A DNA stretch of 64,000 nucleotides, from positions 192,001 to 256,000 of the forward strand of contig OZ242372.1 in the NCBI GenBank assembly GCA_965209035.1. The letters run 5' to 3'. The first letter of the stretch is position 1, and each line of letters begins with the position of its first letter. Origin of the DNA: Gammaproteobacteria bacterium (GTDB lineage Bacteria > Pseudomonadota > Gammaproteobacteria > CBDBNL01 > JAAOII01). The notes under the pieces are model-generated. The model searched no databases. It was given only the letters and a program-made list of their open reading frames with translations, and was not told where the DNA came from. A program made the translations under genes and the position numbers. Positions 52,754 through 62,603 of this stretch are shown one piece after another.

Positions 52754-53779
52754 TTGAATAAAATAATCCGTCCGCACCTATCCGCACAAAAAGTGAAACT
52801 CCATAAAAATACCCGTAAAAATAAGAAGAAAAAGAAAGGGTTCAGTCATGCCGGCACTCGCCGTATCGCTTTTTTATTGCATATATTGAGCAAACTCCCC
52901 GTTACTTGGTTGCATTTTTTTGCCAATTGTCTCGGCTCCTTGCTCTTTTTATTCCAAACCAAAAAGCGTAAAATTGCCAAAATCAATATCGGCCTTTGTT
53001 TTCCGCAACTTGACAGACAAGAGATTAACACCATGGCACATCAAAGTTTTCGTAACTTCTGTTTCGGAATTCTGTGGGGACTCAAAATTTTTAATAACCC
53101 GATGACCGCCTATCGGGAAGCAACCTCTTCGTCTTCGGGAACCGGGCAACCCGGCAAAAAGAAGCCCGCAAGGTTTGTCCGAAAAATTACTTGGAGCGGG
53201 GAAAAACAACTAAAAACAATGCTCGCGGAAAATCGCCGAGTGGTTGTTCTGTCCGCCCATACCGTATTCACGGATGTGATCTGCTGGGCACTCGGTTGCC
53301 GCCATCTTGGCTCCGTCATCGGCACCTACAAAACATCCGGCAATGCCGTTTTTGACAGTATCACCGACAATCGGAAAAAATACGCCAAGGCGCTTCTAAA
53401 AACAACGGATGTTCATCGTATCAGAAAGACCTTTGCCGGCGGAGATATCTTATGGTTGGCTATGGATCAAGATTCGCCAAAGATTGCATCCGTTTTTGCG
53501 CCGTTTTTGGGAGTCCCCGCCGCCTCGCCCGTGGCCGGCCGACGTTGGGCGGATATTATGGGAGCGGAAGCTTTTTTGATGCACGGCATTGTTTTACCGG
53601 GCTATGTCCTCAAAATTTACCTCCGGTACTTGCCCGGATTTAAGGACCTGCCGGTCCAACAAGCCATAGAACTTCAAAACAACACTCTCGCGCAATACAT
53701 CAATAAAGCGCCCGAACAGTATTACTGGATGTACAAACGCTTCCGCAGCAGACCCCCGGGTGAGCCCAAGTTTTATTAA
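52754..53779 (+). CDS. Lipid A late acyltransferase (LpxL/HtrB family), paralog 2
   Basis: KINIGLCFPQL, HTVFTD, LAMDQD, PEQYYWMYKRFRSRP. Confidence 0.85.
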   Translation: MNKIIRPHLSAQKVKLHKNTRKNKKKKKGFSHAGTRRIAFLLHILSKLPVTWLHFFANCLGSLLFLFQTKKRKIAKINIGLCFPQLDRQEINTMAHQSFRNFCFGILWGLKIFNNPMTAYREATSSSSGTGQPGKKKPARFVRKITWSGEKQLKTMLAENRRVVVLSAHTVFTDVICWALGCRHLGSVIGTYKTSGNAVFDSITDNRKKYAKALLKTTDVHRIRKTFAGGDILWLAMDQDSPKIASVFAPFLGVPAASPVAGRRWADIMGAEAFLMHGIVLPGYVLKIYLRYLPGFKDLPVQQAIELQNNTLAQYINKAPEQYYWMYKRFRSRPPGEPKFY

Positions 53780-53797
53780 AAATCGCCCAAACACGCA

Positions 53798-54163
53798 ATG
53801 AGCTCAATAAATTCAATGACTAAGAAAAAACTCTATCGGGTTTTGTTTCGCCAAGGAGAAGAAACCTATGAAATCCGAGCCCGCAATGTCTATCAAGGAA
53901 ACTTGCACGGTTTTGTGGAAGTGGAAAACATTCTTTACGACGAGCGCACAAAATTAATTAACCCGGCTGCGGAAAAAATCCGAAGCGAGTTTAAAAGTGT
54001 TCAACGCAGTTACATCCCGCATTTCAACATCATCCGCATAGACGAAATTGACGAAGTTGACAAGGAACAGGAAGACTATCTTGTACACGACAACCGGCAT
54101 CTTGTTATTTATCCCCGGGATAATCCGAACAATCCGGATAATCCTAAGAAAGACAAAAAATGA
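53798..54163 (+). CDS. DUF1820 family protein
   Basis: YRVLF.QGEETYEI.A...GFVEVE...EF..V.RSYIP...IIRIDE. Confidence 0.75.
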   Translation: MSSINSMTKKKLYRVLFRQGEETYEIRARNVYQGNLHGFVEVENILYDERTKLINPAAEKIRSEFKSVQRSYIPHFNIIRIDEIDEVDKEQEDYLVHDNRHLVIYPRDNPNNPDNPKKDKK

Positions 54164-55218
54164 GCCATATCTTGTTAACCGGCGGTCTCGGTTTTATCGG
54201 CTCGCACATCGCAATTTCTCTGTTGGAAGCCGGCCACGAGGTTACTATTCTGGATAACCTGCACAACAGTGATCGGTCCGTTCTTAAAAGCATCGCACAG
54301 ATCACCGGCAAGGAGCCGACATTTACGGAAGGAGACATCACCGATATCGCCGGAATGTGCAAAGTATTGTCCGACAGTTCCCGGCCGACAGATGCGGTGA
54401 TTCACCTGGCCGCTTTGAAATCGGTTGCCGATTCGGTTGCAATGCCTGTGGAATATTACAAAACAAACATAGGCGGTCTGTTGGAACTCATGCGTGCCAT
54501 GCGGGAAGTTAACTGCCATAATCTTATTTTCAGTTCTTCCGCCACAATTTACGGCGAAGCAACTCAGTTACCCATCACCGAAGCAGCGCGTATTTGCCCG
54601 ACCAATCCCTATGGGACATCCAAAGCGACCTGCGAGTTCATCCTAAAAAATACGGCGGACAACGAACCCGAATGGAATATCGTCAGTTTGCGTTACTTTA
54701 ACCCAGCCGGTTGCCATCCGAGTGCTCTCCTGGGTGAAAAAATTGACGGCGGTTCGCAGAATCTTTTTGTTGCCATCATGCGGCATTACCTCCTGTCAAA
54801 CTACCAACTCAAGGTATTCGGCACAAACTATGATACAAAAGACGGAACCTGTATTCGCGATTATGTGCATATCACCGACTTGGCACGCGCGCATCTCTTG
54901 GCGACGGAAAAAGTCATCTCCGGTCCGGTCTCATCCTCCTCCCCCCCCGACCCATCCCCCCAAAAAAACTGCCTCGCAATCAATCTGGGCAGTGGCACAG
55001 GCTATACCGTATTGGAAGTATTGCAGACTTTTGAGAAGATCACCGGAAAATCTCTGTCTTATGAGGTCGCCGACCCCAGAGCGGGCGATGTTCCCGCCGG
55101 CTACACCTCGGTGGAACTTGCCGGGTCTCTTTTAAATTGGAAACCGGAGGAAAACTTGGAAACCATTTGCCGGGATACTTTGAGATACATCCGACGCCAA
55201 CAAACGGACACCAAATAG
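54160..55218 (+). CDS. galE: UDP-glucose 4-epimerase
   Basis: TGGLGFIGSH, FSSSATIYG, YGTSK, LRYFNP, DGTCIRDYVH. Confidence 0.92.
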   Translation: MSHILLTGGLGFIGSHIAISLLEAGHEVTILDNLHNSDRSVLKSIAQITGKEPTFTEGDITDIAGMCKVLSDSSRPTDAVIHLAALKSVADSVAMPVEYYKTNIGGLLELMRAMREVNCHNLIFSSSATIYGEATQLPITEAARICPTNPYGTSKATCEFILKNTADNEPEWNIVSLRYFNPAGCHPSALLGEKIDGGSQNLFVAIMRHYLLSNYQLKVFGTNYDTKDGTCIRDYVHITDLARAHLLATEKVISGPVSSSSPPDPSPQKNCLAINLGSGTGYTVLEVLQTFEKITGKSLSYEVADPRAGDVPAGYTSVELAGSLLNWKPEENLETICRDTLRYIRRQQTDTK

Positions 55219-55228
55219 GAATGACCGC

Positions 55229-55588
55229 TTAGGCGGTATTGGTATTATTGAGTAACCAGCCCAAGTAATTTCTTTCGCAATCCGCAGCGGCAAGAGTTAT
55301 TATTTCGGGCAGCTCGTATGAGTGCAGTTCTTTAATTCTTGTCATCAATTTCTCGGTTAATTCCCCCCGAGTTTTAATCAGTAACATCTGTTCCTCTTCG
55401 GCATGTGTCTTTTCTTGCCACCTATATACCGAAAAAACAGGCAAGATACTAACACACGCGGCCAACCGCTCGTCGACAACCAGGCGGGCAATTCTTTCGG
55501 CCTCGGACTTGTCACCGCAAGATGTCATCACAATATGCAAGGAATCTTTTTGCATAAAAACAAGTTCAGACCGGGTTCGGAATATCAA
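55229..55588 (-). CDS. cutA: Divalent-cation tolerance protein CutA
   Basis: LVVDERLAACV, SVYRW, IKT, HSYELPEI. Confidence 0.9.
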   Translation of the reverse strand: MIFRTRSELVFMQKDSLHIVMTSCGDKSEAERIARLVVDERLAACVSILPVFSVYRWQEKTHAEEEQMLLIKTRGELTEKLMTRIKELHSYELPEIITLAAADCERNYLGWLLNNTNTA

Positions 55589-56339
55589 TAAACTCGTGCC
55601 TCAGGGAAAATTTTTCGGCAATCCTGTTTCCCAGAGACAAGGGACCGCCGCGCTCACTCGCATGATGACCGATTGCATAATAATCCAAACGATTCTCTGT
55701 GGCAAAATGAAAGGTCTGTTCCGAAATCTCTCCGCTGATATAGGCATCCGCTCCCAGTTGGTGTGCCGTTTCTATCATTTGCTGTGCCGCCCCGCTGCAC
55801 CAAGCAACGACACGAATCGCCTTTTTGCCGCCGGATATATGCTGCGGCTTTCGCCCCAGTTTCTCTTCCAACAAAGCGCTTAATCCGGCCGGTGTCATCT
55901 CACCGGCAAAACGACCGATCCCGCCTAGGGCGTCATCTGTCAAAGTACCTGTCAAAGTGTCTTTCAAAGTGCCTTCCTGTTTAATACCCAAAAGTTCCCT
56001 CAGATAGGCATTATTACCGACCACAGAATGAATATCCAACGGCAAATGATAAGCCAGAAGATTCATCCGATGCTCCAACAAAAGTGCCAGACGGCGTCTT
56101 TTCATCCCGACAATCCGCGGGGATTCGTTCCGCCAAAAGTAACCGTGATGCACCAACAACGCATCCGCCTCGCGTGCAATTGCGGCGCGTATCAAAGATT
56201 CGCAAGCGGTAACACCGCTAACCAAAACGCGGACATCCTCTTTTCCCTCCACCTGCAATCCGTTCGGACAGTAATCTTGGATCTGAGAAACCGCCAGATA
56301 CCGGTCCGCATAGGCAACAATGTCTTTAATACTTGCCAT
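55566..56339 (-). CDS. Nif3-like dinuclear metal centre protein (YbgI family)
   Basis: DYCPNGLQVEG, LVHHG, YHLPLD.H..VGNN, GHHASER. Confidence 0.9.
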   Translation of the reverse strand: MASIKDIVAYADRYLAVSQIQDYCPNGLQVEGKEDVRVLVSGVTACESLIRAAIAREADALLVHHGYFWRNESPRIVGMKRRRLALLLEHRMNLLAYHLPLDIHSVVGNNAYLRELLGIKQEGTLKDTLTGTLTDDALGGIGRFAGEMTPAGLSALLEEKLGRKPQHISGGKKAIRVVAWCSGAAQQMIETAHQLGADAYISGEISEQTFHFATENRLDYYAIGHHASERGGPLSLGNRIAEKFSLRHEFIDIPNPV

Positions 56340-56340
56340 C

Positions 56341-57375
56341 TCAAAGACTGTCCAAATAGTGCTTCGCATCCAAAGCGGCCATGCACCCCATTCCCGCCGA
56401 AGTAATTGCCTGACGATAATGTGAGTCCGCCAGATCTCCGGCCGCAAAAATTCCGGGACGGGAAGTCGCCGTCTGATTGGCGCCTTGTCCGCCGCGCACC
56501 CGAACATATCCTTCTTTGCTGAGTTGCACATGCTCGCCGAGAAAGCCCGTATTTGGCGTATGCCCTATGGCAATAAACAGACCGTCCAGTTCTAGCAAGG
56601 TCTCGCGGCAGTCCAAACTGCCCGAACTGCCCGAACTGCCCGAACTGCCCGCCGAACTACCCGAATGCTCTTGCGTATCCGCGAGCATTGCACCCGTTAG
56701 CCCGTTTGCATCACCCGCATAACGCACCACTTTTTTATTCCAACAAAATTGTACTTTATTTTTATCCGCCATAGCGAACAGCTTTTTTTGCAAAATAGCA
56801 TCGGCACGCAAAGCATCGCGGCGATGCACCAAAAAAACGGTATCCGCCAAGCCAGCCAGAAACAAGGCTTCTTCGGCGGCCGTATTCCCCCCGCCAACAA
56901 CGCCGACCTTTTTACCCCGATAAAAAAAGCCATCGCAAGTGGCGCAAGTGCTCAGCCCCCTGCCGATGTACTGTCCTTCATCGGCAAGGCCTAACATCTT
57001 GGCGGAGGCACCGCTGGCAAGAATCACCGCATCGCCCTCATAGTCCGCGTTTTCACCGCGGACAACAAAAGGAGGCTCCGCGGAAACAAACTCCCGGACA
57101 GTGTCCGCGTGCAGACGGCAGCCCAAATCCAAACCCAAATCCAAGCCCAAATCTAAGCCCAAATCCAAACAGTGCTTTTTGATGTTCTCCATCAAAACGG
57201 GCCCCGCAATACCCGGACTCCCCGGCCAGTTATCCACATCCGTAGTAATCGTTAACTGCCCGCCCGGTTGCATGCCGGCGATGATCTCCGTTTGCAAACC
57301 CGCCCGTATGCCGTAAATGGCCGCCGTCCAACCGGCCGGACCGGAGCCAATGATCAGCAATCTGTTGCCCTGCAT
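56341..57375 (-). CDS. trxB: Thioredoxin reductase
   Basis: IIGSGPAG, CATCDG, GGGNTA.EEA, FAAGD, QAITSAG.GC; contains two repeat insertions. Confidence 0.95.
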   Translation of the reverse strand: MQGNRLLIIGSGPAGWTAAIYGIRAGLQTEIIAGMQPGGQLTITTDVDNWPGSPGIAGPVLMENIKKHCLDLGLDLGLDLGLDLGCRLHADTVREFVSAEPPFVVRGENADYEGDAVILASGASAKMLGLADEGQYIGRGLSTCATCDGFFYRGKKVGVVGGGNTAAEEALFLAGLADTVFLVHRRDALRADAILQKKLFAMADKNKVQFCWNKKVVRYAGDANGLTGAMLADTQEHSGSSAGSSGSSGSSGSLDCRETLLELDGLFIAIGHTPNTGFLGEHVQLSKEGYVRVRGGQGANQTATSRPGIFAAGDLADSHYRQAITSAGMGCMAALDAKHYLDSL

Positions 57376-57417
57376 TTCCCGTAATCTCCCGCGCGGTTTA
57401 CCTGAAGTTACTCGGGT

Positions 57418-57861
57418 TTACCAGACGCCTGTGTTCGGCATGGACTGCCAAGGTTCCGCCGGCGCCAACGACTCCCCTTCTTGCAGCAACTCAACGGAAA
57501 TACCGTCCGGGCTGCGAACAAATGCCATATGGCCGTCGCGCGGCGGGCGATTAATCGTCACACCGGCGGCTCGTAATTTTGCACAAACAGCATAAATGTC
57601 TTTGACCCTGTATGCCAAATGTCCAAAGTTACGGCCGCCCGTATATTCTTCGTCACTGCCCCAGTTATGCGTGAGTTCCAAAACCGGGACATTCGTTTCC
57701 CGGGCACTTTCCGCATCCCCTGCCGCGGCAAGAAACACCAGAGTGAACTTACCCTGTTCGTTATCTGTGCGCCGCACTTCTTGCATACCCAACAGATCGC
57801 AAAAAAAGGCGAGAGATGCCTTTAGATCCTTAACGCGGATCATCGTATGTAAATATTTCAT
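57418..57861 (-). CDS. gloA: Lactoylglutathione lyase / VOC family protein
   Basis: [35 protein letters not shown]. Confidence 0.8.
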   Translation of the reverse strand: MKYLHTMIRVKDLKASLAFFCDLLGMQEVRRTDNEQGKFTLVFLAAAGDAESARETNVPVLELTHNWGSDEEYTGGRNFGHLAYRVKDIYAVCAKLRAAGVTINRPPRDGHMAFVRSPDGISVELLQEGESLAPAEPWQSMPNTGVW

Positions 57862-57913
57862 TTCATTTCATTTCATTAAATGATTAATTAGTTAATAAAT
57901 TATCCTTTTATTT

Positions 57914-57993
57914 TACTCCACTACTTCACTACCCCACTACCCCACTACTCCATTACTCCACTACTCTACTACTTCACTACCCCACTACTCCGT
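57914..57993. repeat. Ten tandem 8-bp units (TACYCCAC consensus)
   Basis: tactccac tacttcac taccccac taccccac tactccat tactccac tactctac tacttcac taccccac tactccgt. Confidence 0.9.
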
Positions 57994-58824
57994 TACCTCA
58001 TAACTCCCGCTTGAAAGCAAAGCCGGATTTTCATCCGCCGACCATATATGCACATAATAAATTCCCGGCTCGGGCTGTTTGGACGAAAACCAAACATAAT
58101 TCGAGTTTGTCCGTTTGTTAATAGGATAATTACCAAACAGGTAGTTACGCAAAGGACTGGCACGACACCAACGCACCAACACACTCGCATGCGGGTAGCC
58201 AGCCGGAAGATCAAAATGCGCGTAAACTCTGCCCGCCGCCCGGGAAACAGAATGAACGGATGCCGCAAGGCTGCGATTGCCTGCGGTGTTTGTAAACAAC
58301 ATCTCGGCAGCCGACGACACAAGAGACGGAGACGCGCAATCCTCCAACGCGAACCCCGCCAATACCTTCCCAAACGCATGCGGATCCTCCATTTCCCAAA
58401 GTTGCTCTTCGTCCATACCGCTAAACCCGGCAATTAATGGCAACAACTCGGCGGGAGACATCCATTCCACTATCAACTCCAAGGCTTCGCGATACACCCC
58501 CTGCTTCACGCTATCAAGAATTGACTTCTCATCCGCCGGGTTTGATCTTCTTGAAGACCCGGCACTATTGGGGATTTGCCTTGCCTGTGGTTGCTCCGAA
58601 GGCCCTGAAGCCGGCGATTCATCCGTGGAATATTGACCGGGTTCTTCCAAAGTATCCCGCCCACCCGTGTTTACCGTCGGCGGCCGGATGACTGTTTCCC
58701 CGATTGTTGACGACGAGCCGGCGAACTTCCAATAAGCGATTCCGTATCCCCCAAAAAAACAAACAAGCCCGGTCAAAATCCAAAGCCGGGCCCCAAGCCG
58801 GAAATGGCCTCCCCCCAACTTCAA
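57985..58824 (-). CDS. Hypothetical membrane-anchored protein
   Basis: Probable TTG at 58824 (TTGA overlap with the PAP2 stop); one TM helix, low-complexity linker, beta-rich C-terminal domain. Confidence 0.6.
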   Translation of the reverse strand: MKLGGGHFRLGARLWILTGLVCFFGGYGIAYWKFAGSSSTIGETVIRPPTVNTGGRDTLEEPGQYSTDESPASGPSEQPQARQIPNSAGSSRRSNPADEKSILDSVKQGVYREALELIVEWMSPAELLPLIAGFSGMDEEQLWEMEDPHAFGKVLAGFALEDCASPSLVSSAAEMLFTNTAGNRSLAASVHSVSRAAGRVYAHFDLPAGYPHASVLVRWCRASPLRNYLFGNYPINKRTNSNYVWFSSKQPEPGIYYVHIWSADENPALLSSGSYEVTE

Positions 58825-59426
58825 AATATTTGTCTGTTGGCGGCAATCCGTTTCATATTCGGCAAGAAGTGTAACAAAAGCAGCAGTACCACAAGCCCCC
58901 ACAGGGAACCAACCAACCAACCCGCCAACAGATCACCCGGATAATGAACCCCCAGGTAAACCCGACTCAAACTATAAAAAAACAAGGCAAACAACAAGAA
59001 CAGCCGCAACAGCCGGGTGGGAACAAACGGAACGATGAATACCAACGCAGAGGCGGAGTTGGCCGCATGCGCGGAAACAAAACCATAGGTGCCGCCGCGA
59101 TAATCGCGGACAAGATGTAACAATGACGACAACGCGGGATCATGACTCGGACGCAGTCTCTTAACCGCGGGCTTGAGGATGTCCGAGGCAATGAACTCGC
59201 TGCCCGCCAAAACCACCAACAAAAAGACAACAAAAATGAAATAGTCTGTCATCTTCATCCGTCTGCCGAAAAAGAAATACAACGACAAACCCGCGAACAA
59301 CACAATCGGCGTAATCTCCGAAGTGAAGCAAAAAAAGAAGCCATCCGCAATCGGATGATGCTGGCTGTTTATAAAAAGTAAAAGTTCGCGATCCCAGCCG
59401 ACCAACAAAGCGGACACTCTTTCCAC
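58821..59426 (-). CDS. PAP2-family membrane phosphatase (LpxF-like)
   Basis: K..VKRLRP, FVSAHAAN, SRVYLGVHYPGD. Confidence 0.85.
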   Translation of the reverse strand: MERVSALLVGWDRELLLFINSQHHPIADGFFFCFTSEITPIVLFAGLSLYFFFGRRMKMTDYFIFVVFLLVVLAGSEFIASDILKPAVKRLRPSHDPALSSLLHLVRDYRGGTYGFVSAHAANSASALVFIVPFVPTRLLRLFLLFALFFYSLSRVYLGVHYPGDLLAGWLVGSLWGLVVLLLLLHFLPNMKRIAANRQIF

Positions 59427-59431
59427 CGTGC

Positions 59432-61534
59432 TCAGGAAATGCCCATAGTCTTTAGAAAACTTTCCGGCGAGGGGTCCCTGCCAAGAACATGCCTGAAATT
59501 CTGCCGGGCATCGCCCAGGCCGCCGCGTTCAAATATATGGCGTCTTAGTTTGCGTGCCAATGGTTGGTCATAAATACCCGCTTTTTCAAAGCCGCCGTAG
59601 ATATCCGCGGACATCACCTCCGCCCACTTATACGCATAATAACCCGCCGCATAGCCGCCGGCAAAAATGTGAGCAAACGCATTTGGGAAACGCACAAAAT
59701 CGGCTTGCGGCAGCGGATTAAATTTGCGACTGATCTCCCGATGGATCTCCAACACAACATTCGTTTGCGTTCGCAATGTCGCCTCGTCCGGTTCGGTATG
59801 AATGCGCATATCAAAAAGTGCAAACTCTAACTGACGCATCAGGGCAAGACCGCTTTGAAAACTGCGGGAAGCGACCAGCCCTTTTAACTTGGAAGCCGGC
59901 AAGGAAGCCTGACTCTTGTGATGGGCGGAAATCGTTTTGATAAAACTTTCGTTCCAACACCAGTTCTCCATTAATTGGCTCGGCAATTCCACCATATCGT
60001 GCGGAACACCTTCAATACCGCTAACGGCGCGACATTCCACCCGGGTTAAAAGATGATGCAAACAGTGCCCCAATTCGTGAAACAAGGTCAGAACCTCACC
60101 GTGCTCCAAAAGAGAAGACCGCGCGGAAGACCCCGCGGGCGGGCGGAAATTACAGACCAAATAGGCAACAGGCAGTTGAATACTGCCGTCGGTCAGTCTT
60201 CTTCTGGAACGATTCTCATTCATCCAAGCGCCGCTCCGCTTATGCGGGCGGGCATACAGATCGCAATAAAGATAACCCAGTTTTTCGCGACCGCGCCACA
60301 TGGCAAACAAACGCACTGCCGGATGCCAGGTTTCAAAATTTTTCTCTTCGGTAAACCGGACATCAAAAAGTTGTTGTGTCAGGGCAAACATTCCGCCGAG
60401 GACTTTCGGCAAGGGAAAATAAGCCCGCAGTTCTTCGGTGTTAATGGAAAACTGCTCGTTGCGCAATTTTTCGGCATAAAACGCCGTGTCCCAAGGCTGT
60501 AACTTCGGGCAGCCGCAGCCGCGGGAAAACTCCGCAAGCGCCTTTGCTTCCTCCCGTGCCTTTGGCAGGGCCCTGTCGGCAAGATCATTGATAAAGTTGA
60601 TAATCACAGCCGGGTCGCGCATCATATTCGTCGCCATCAACATCTCAGCCGGCCTCTTAAAGCCCAACAAATTGGCTTTTTGCAACCGGCAGAGAAGGAT
60701 ATCCGACAGGATGCGCGTATTATTGTATTTTTTCGGATGCTCCCCCAATTCGGATGCGCGCGTAACAAAGGCACGATAGATTTTTTGCCTCAATGTGCCG
60801 GACTCTGCCATTTGGATGCAACTTCTGTAGCAGGGTTCTTCCAAATTAATCACATAGCCGGTCTTGTTTTGACGGCGCGCATTGTCCCGCAACTGTTGCA
60901 GCATCGCTTCGGGCATACCGGACGGAGCATCCTTCTCCGCAAGGCGATAGGACCATGCCATGGTGGCATCCAGCAAGTTTTCAGAAAAGCGATTACTCAG
61001 GGTTGCCAGACGCTCGGTTAATTTTTTATACTTTCTTTTTTCCCGGACCGGCAACTCCGCGCCCAAAAGACGGGAATTAAGCAGGTAATGATCCAGCGCA
61101 TTGCTCTGTGCTTCCGTCAAGTGCGTACTTCCGCGCAGATCCTTGGCTAATGCATAAAGGTCCGCATTCTGCATTAAATCCGTCCCGTAAGCAACAACTT
61201 GAGGCAGTGCCTCCTTGTAAGTTTCTCTGAGTGCGGGAGTTTCACACACAGACTTCAGATGTGCCACAGGCGAAAACAGATCTTCCATCAGATGCTCGTC
61301 CCAGTCATCCAACAGTTGAAAACTGTTATCCCAATTCAAATTGAAATTAGAATTGGCGGGTGCTTTTTTGTATCGGTCTATTAATTTTTCAATTTTTTGC
61401 GTGTTTTGCAAAATGGCTTTTTTAATTTTTTGTTTTATTTTTTGTTTTGCCTTTTGTGCCGAAGTTTTCGACGACATCCCCCCGAAGTTCTTAAAGTTCG
61501 TAAGCCGAACGACCGTTTCTTGATTATCTTTCAT
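59432..61534 (-). CDS. prlC: Oligopeptidase A (M3 family)
   Basis: KRSGAWM, LFHELGHCLHH, VELPSQLMENW, FAHIFAGGYAAGYYAYKWAEV. Confidence 0.93.
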   Translation of the reverse strand: MKDNQETVVRLTNFKNFGGMSSKTSAQKAKQKIKQKIKKAILQNTQKIEKLIDRYKKAPANSNFNLNWDNSFQLLDDWDEHLMEDLFSPVAHLKSVCETPALRETYKEALPQVVAYGTDLMQNADLYALAKDLRGSTHLTEAQSNALDHYLLNSRLLGAELPVREKRKYKKLTERLATLSNRFSENLLDATMAWSYRLAEKDAPSGMPEAMLQQLRDNARRQNKTGYVINLEEPCYRSCIQMAESGTLRQKIYRAFVTRASELGEHPKKYNNTRILSDILLCRLQKANLLGFKRPAEMLMATNMMRDPAVIINFINDLADRALPKAREEAKALAEFSRGCGCPKLQPWDTAFYAEKLRNEQFSINTEELRAYFPLPKVLGGMFALTQQLFDVRFTEEKNFETWHPAVRLFAMWRGREKLGYLYCDLYARPHKRSGAWMNENRSRRRLTDGSIQLPVAYLVCNFRPPAGSSARSSLLEHGEVLTLFHELGHCLHHLLTRVECRAVSGIEGVPHDMVELPSQLMENWCWNESFIKTISAHHKSQASLPASKLKGLVASRSFQSGLALMRQLEFALFDMRIHTEPDEATLRTQTNVVLEIHREISRKFNPLPQADFVRFPNAFAHIFAGGYAAGYYAYKWAEVMSADIYGGFEKAGIYDQPLARKLRRHIFERGGLGDARQNFRHVLGRDPSPESFLKTMGIS

Positions 61535-61539
61535 CTGTT

Positions 61540-62370
61540 TTATCCGCGGGAAACGGCGGTCGGGTTTTGCGACTTATTAATGGAAGGATTAACTTCTATG
61601 TTTTTACTATAAATGCCGGCAAACTCCTTTGTGACCGCATCAATATACTTGCGCGCCTCTTCGGCATCCTTTTTTGCCGGCGGCAATACCGGCGGCAAAA
61701 CCTCCACTGTAACCTCGTTCGGATGAACACGCAAACTGCCCGGTTTATGACAAGCATAAAGACCGTGCATCAACACAGGTAAGATAGGCAATTGCAGTTG
61801 GTAAGCAAGATAAAAAGCCCCCTGTCGGAAACTGTTCATATCTCCGTCCCAAGACCTGCGACCTTCGGGGAAGATCACCACAGGCCCCGTCTCTTTGTTC
61901 TTTATCAAGTTCTTGAGATAGTTATGCAGTCTTTTGAGAGCAAAAAGATGCGCGTTTTGAACACCTATCCAACCCAACGCATCAAACAACTTGCAAGACA
62001 ATCCGCCAATCAACGGTACGGAAGCAAACACATCGGTACTGTAAACATAACGCATATCACCGGTATTCAAGGCAGCCATCTGCACCGGAACATCCAACGA
62101 AGTGATATGATTGGCAACCAGGATGTAGGTTGTGCCTTTTAACTTCTCAAAATTTTCCAGACCGGCGGCTTTGGTTTTGATGCCGGCACATTGCAACGAT
62201 ATCTTGGCAACACGCAACACCAGACGCGATGCCAGGTATTCCCTGTGTTTTTCCGAACGGCGCAGAAAGGGTATCATAGGAAACAAAATGAGCGGTGTGC
62301 CCACATACACAAAGAGGTGGTAACAAACACCGTGAATTAGGCTGCGGATATCATTAAAAAAGTGAGGCAT
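61540..62370 (-). CDS. Lysophospholipid (1-acyl-sn-glycerol-3-phosphate) acyltransferase, PlsC family
   Basis: ANHITSLD (NHx4D) and FPEGRRS. Confidence 0.85.
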   Translation of the reverse strand: MPHFFNDIRSLIHGVCYHLFVYVGTPLILFPMIPFLRRSEKHREYLASRLVLRVAKISLQCAGIKTKAAGLENFEKLKGTTYILVANHITSLDVPVQMAALNTGDMRYVYSTDVFASVPLIGGLSCKLFDALGWIGVQNAHLFALKRLHNYLKNLIKNKETGPVVIFPEGRRSWDGDMNSFRQGAFYLAYQLQLPILPVLMHGLYACHKPGSLRVHPNEVTVEVLPPVLPPAKKDAEEARKYIDAVTKEFAGIYSKNIEVNPSINKSQNPTAVSRG

Positions 62371-62439
62371 TTGTCAGTAATTTTTTTCTATTATACAAAA
62401 TCTCCCGCCCGCCATTGACCGCAGGCAAGTCGTTTTTTT

Positions 62440-62603
62440 GAAATCTTTCGGGAATCTTTTGGGAATCTTTTAAAAATTTTGGGGAATCTTTTGAGAATCT
62501 CTTAAAAGTTTTTGGAAATCTTTTGGGAATCTTTTAAAAGTTTTTGGAAATCTTTTGGAAGTTTTTTAGAAATTGGAATTTGGAAATTGGAATTTGGAAA
62601 TTA
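62440..62603. repeat. Degenerate 10-11-bp repeats (GGAATCTTTT-like) followed by 7-bp GAAWTTG repeats
   Basis: Read directly in the intergenic region upstream of the acyltransferase gene. Confidence 0.8.

Noticed and set aside
57914-62603. CRISPR arrays at the two intergenic repeat tracts
   Set aside because: The units are 7-11 bp, contiguous and spacer-less, and there are no cas genes.
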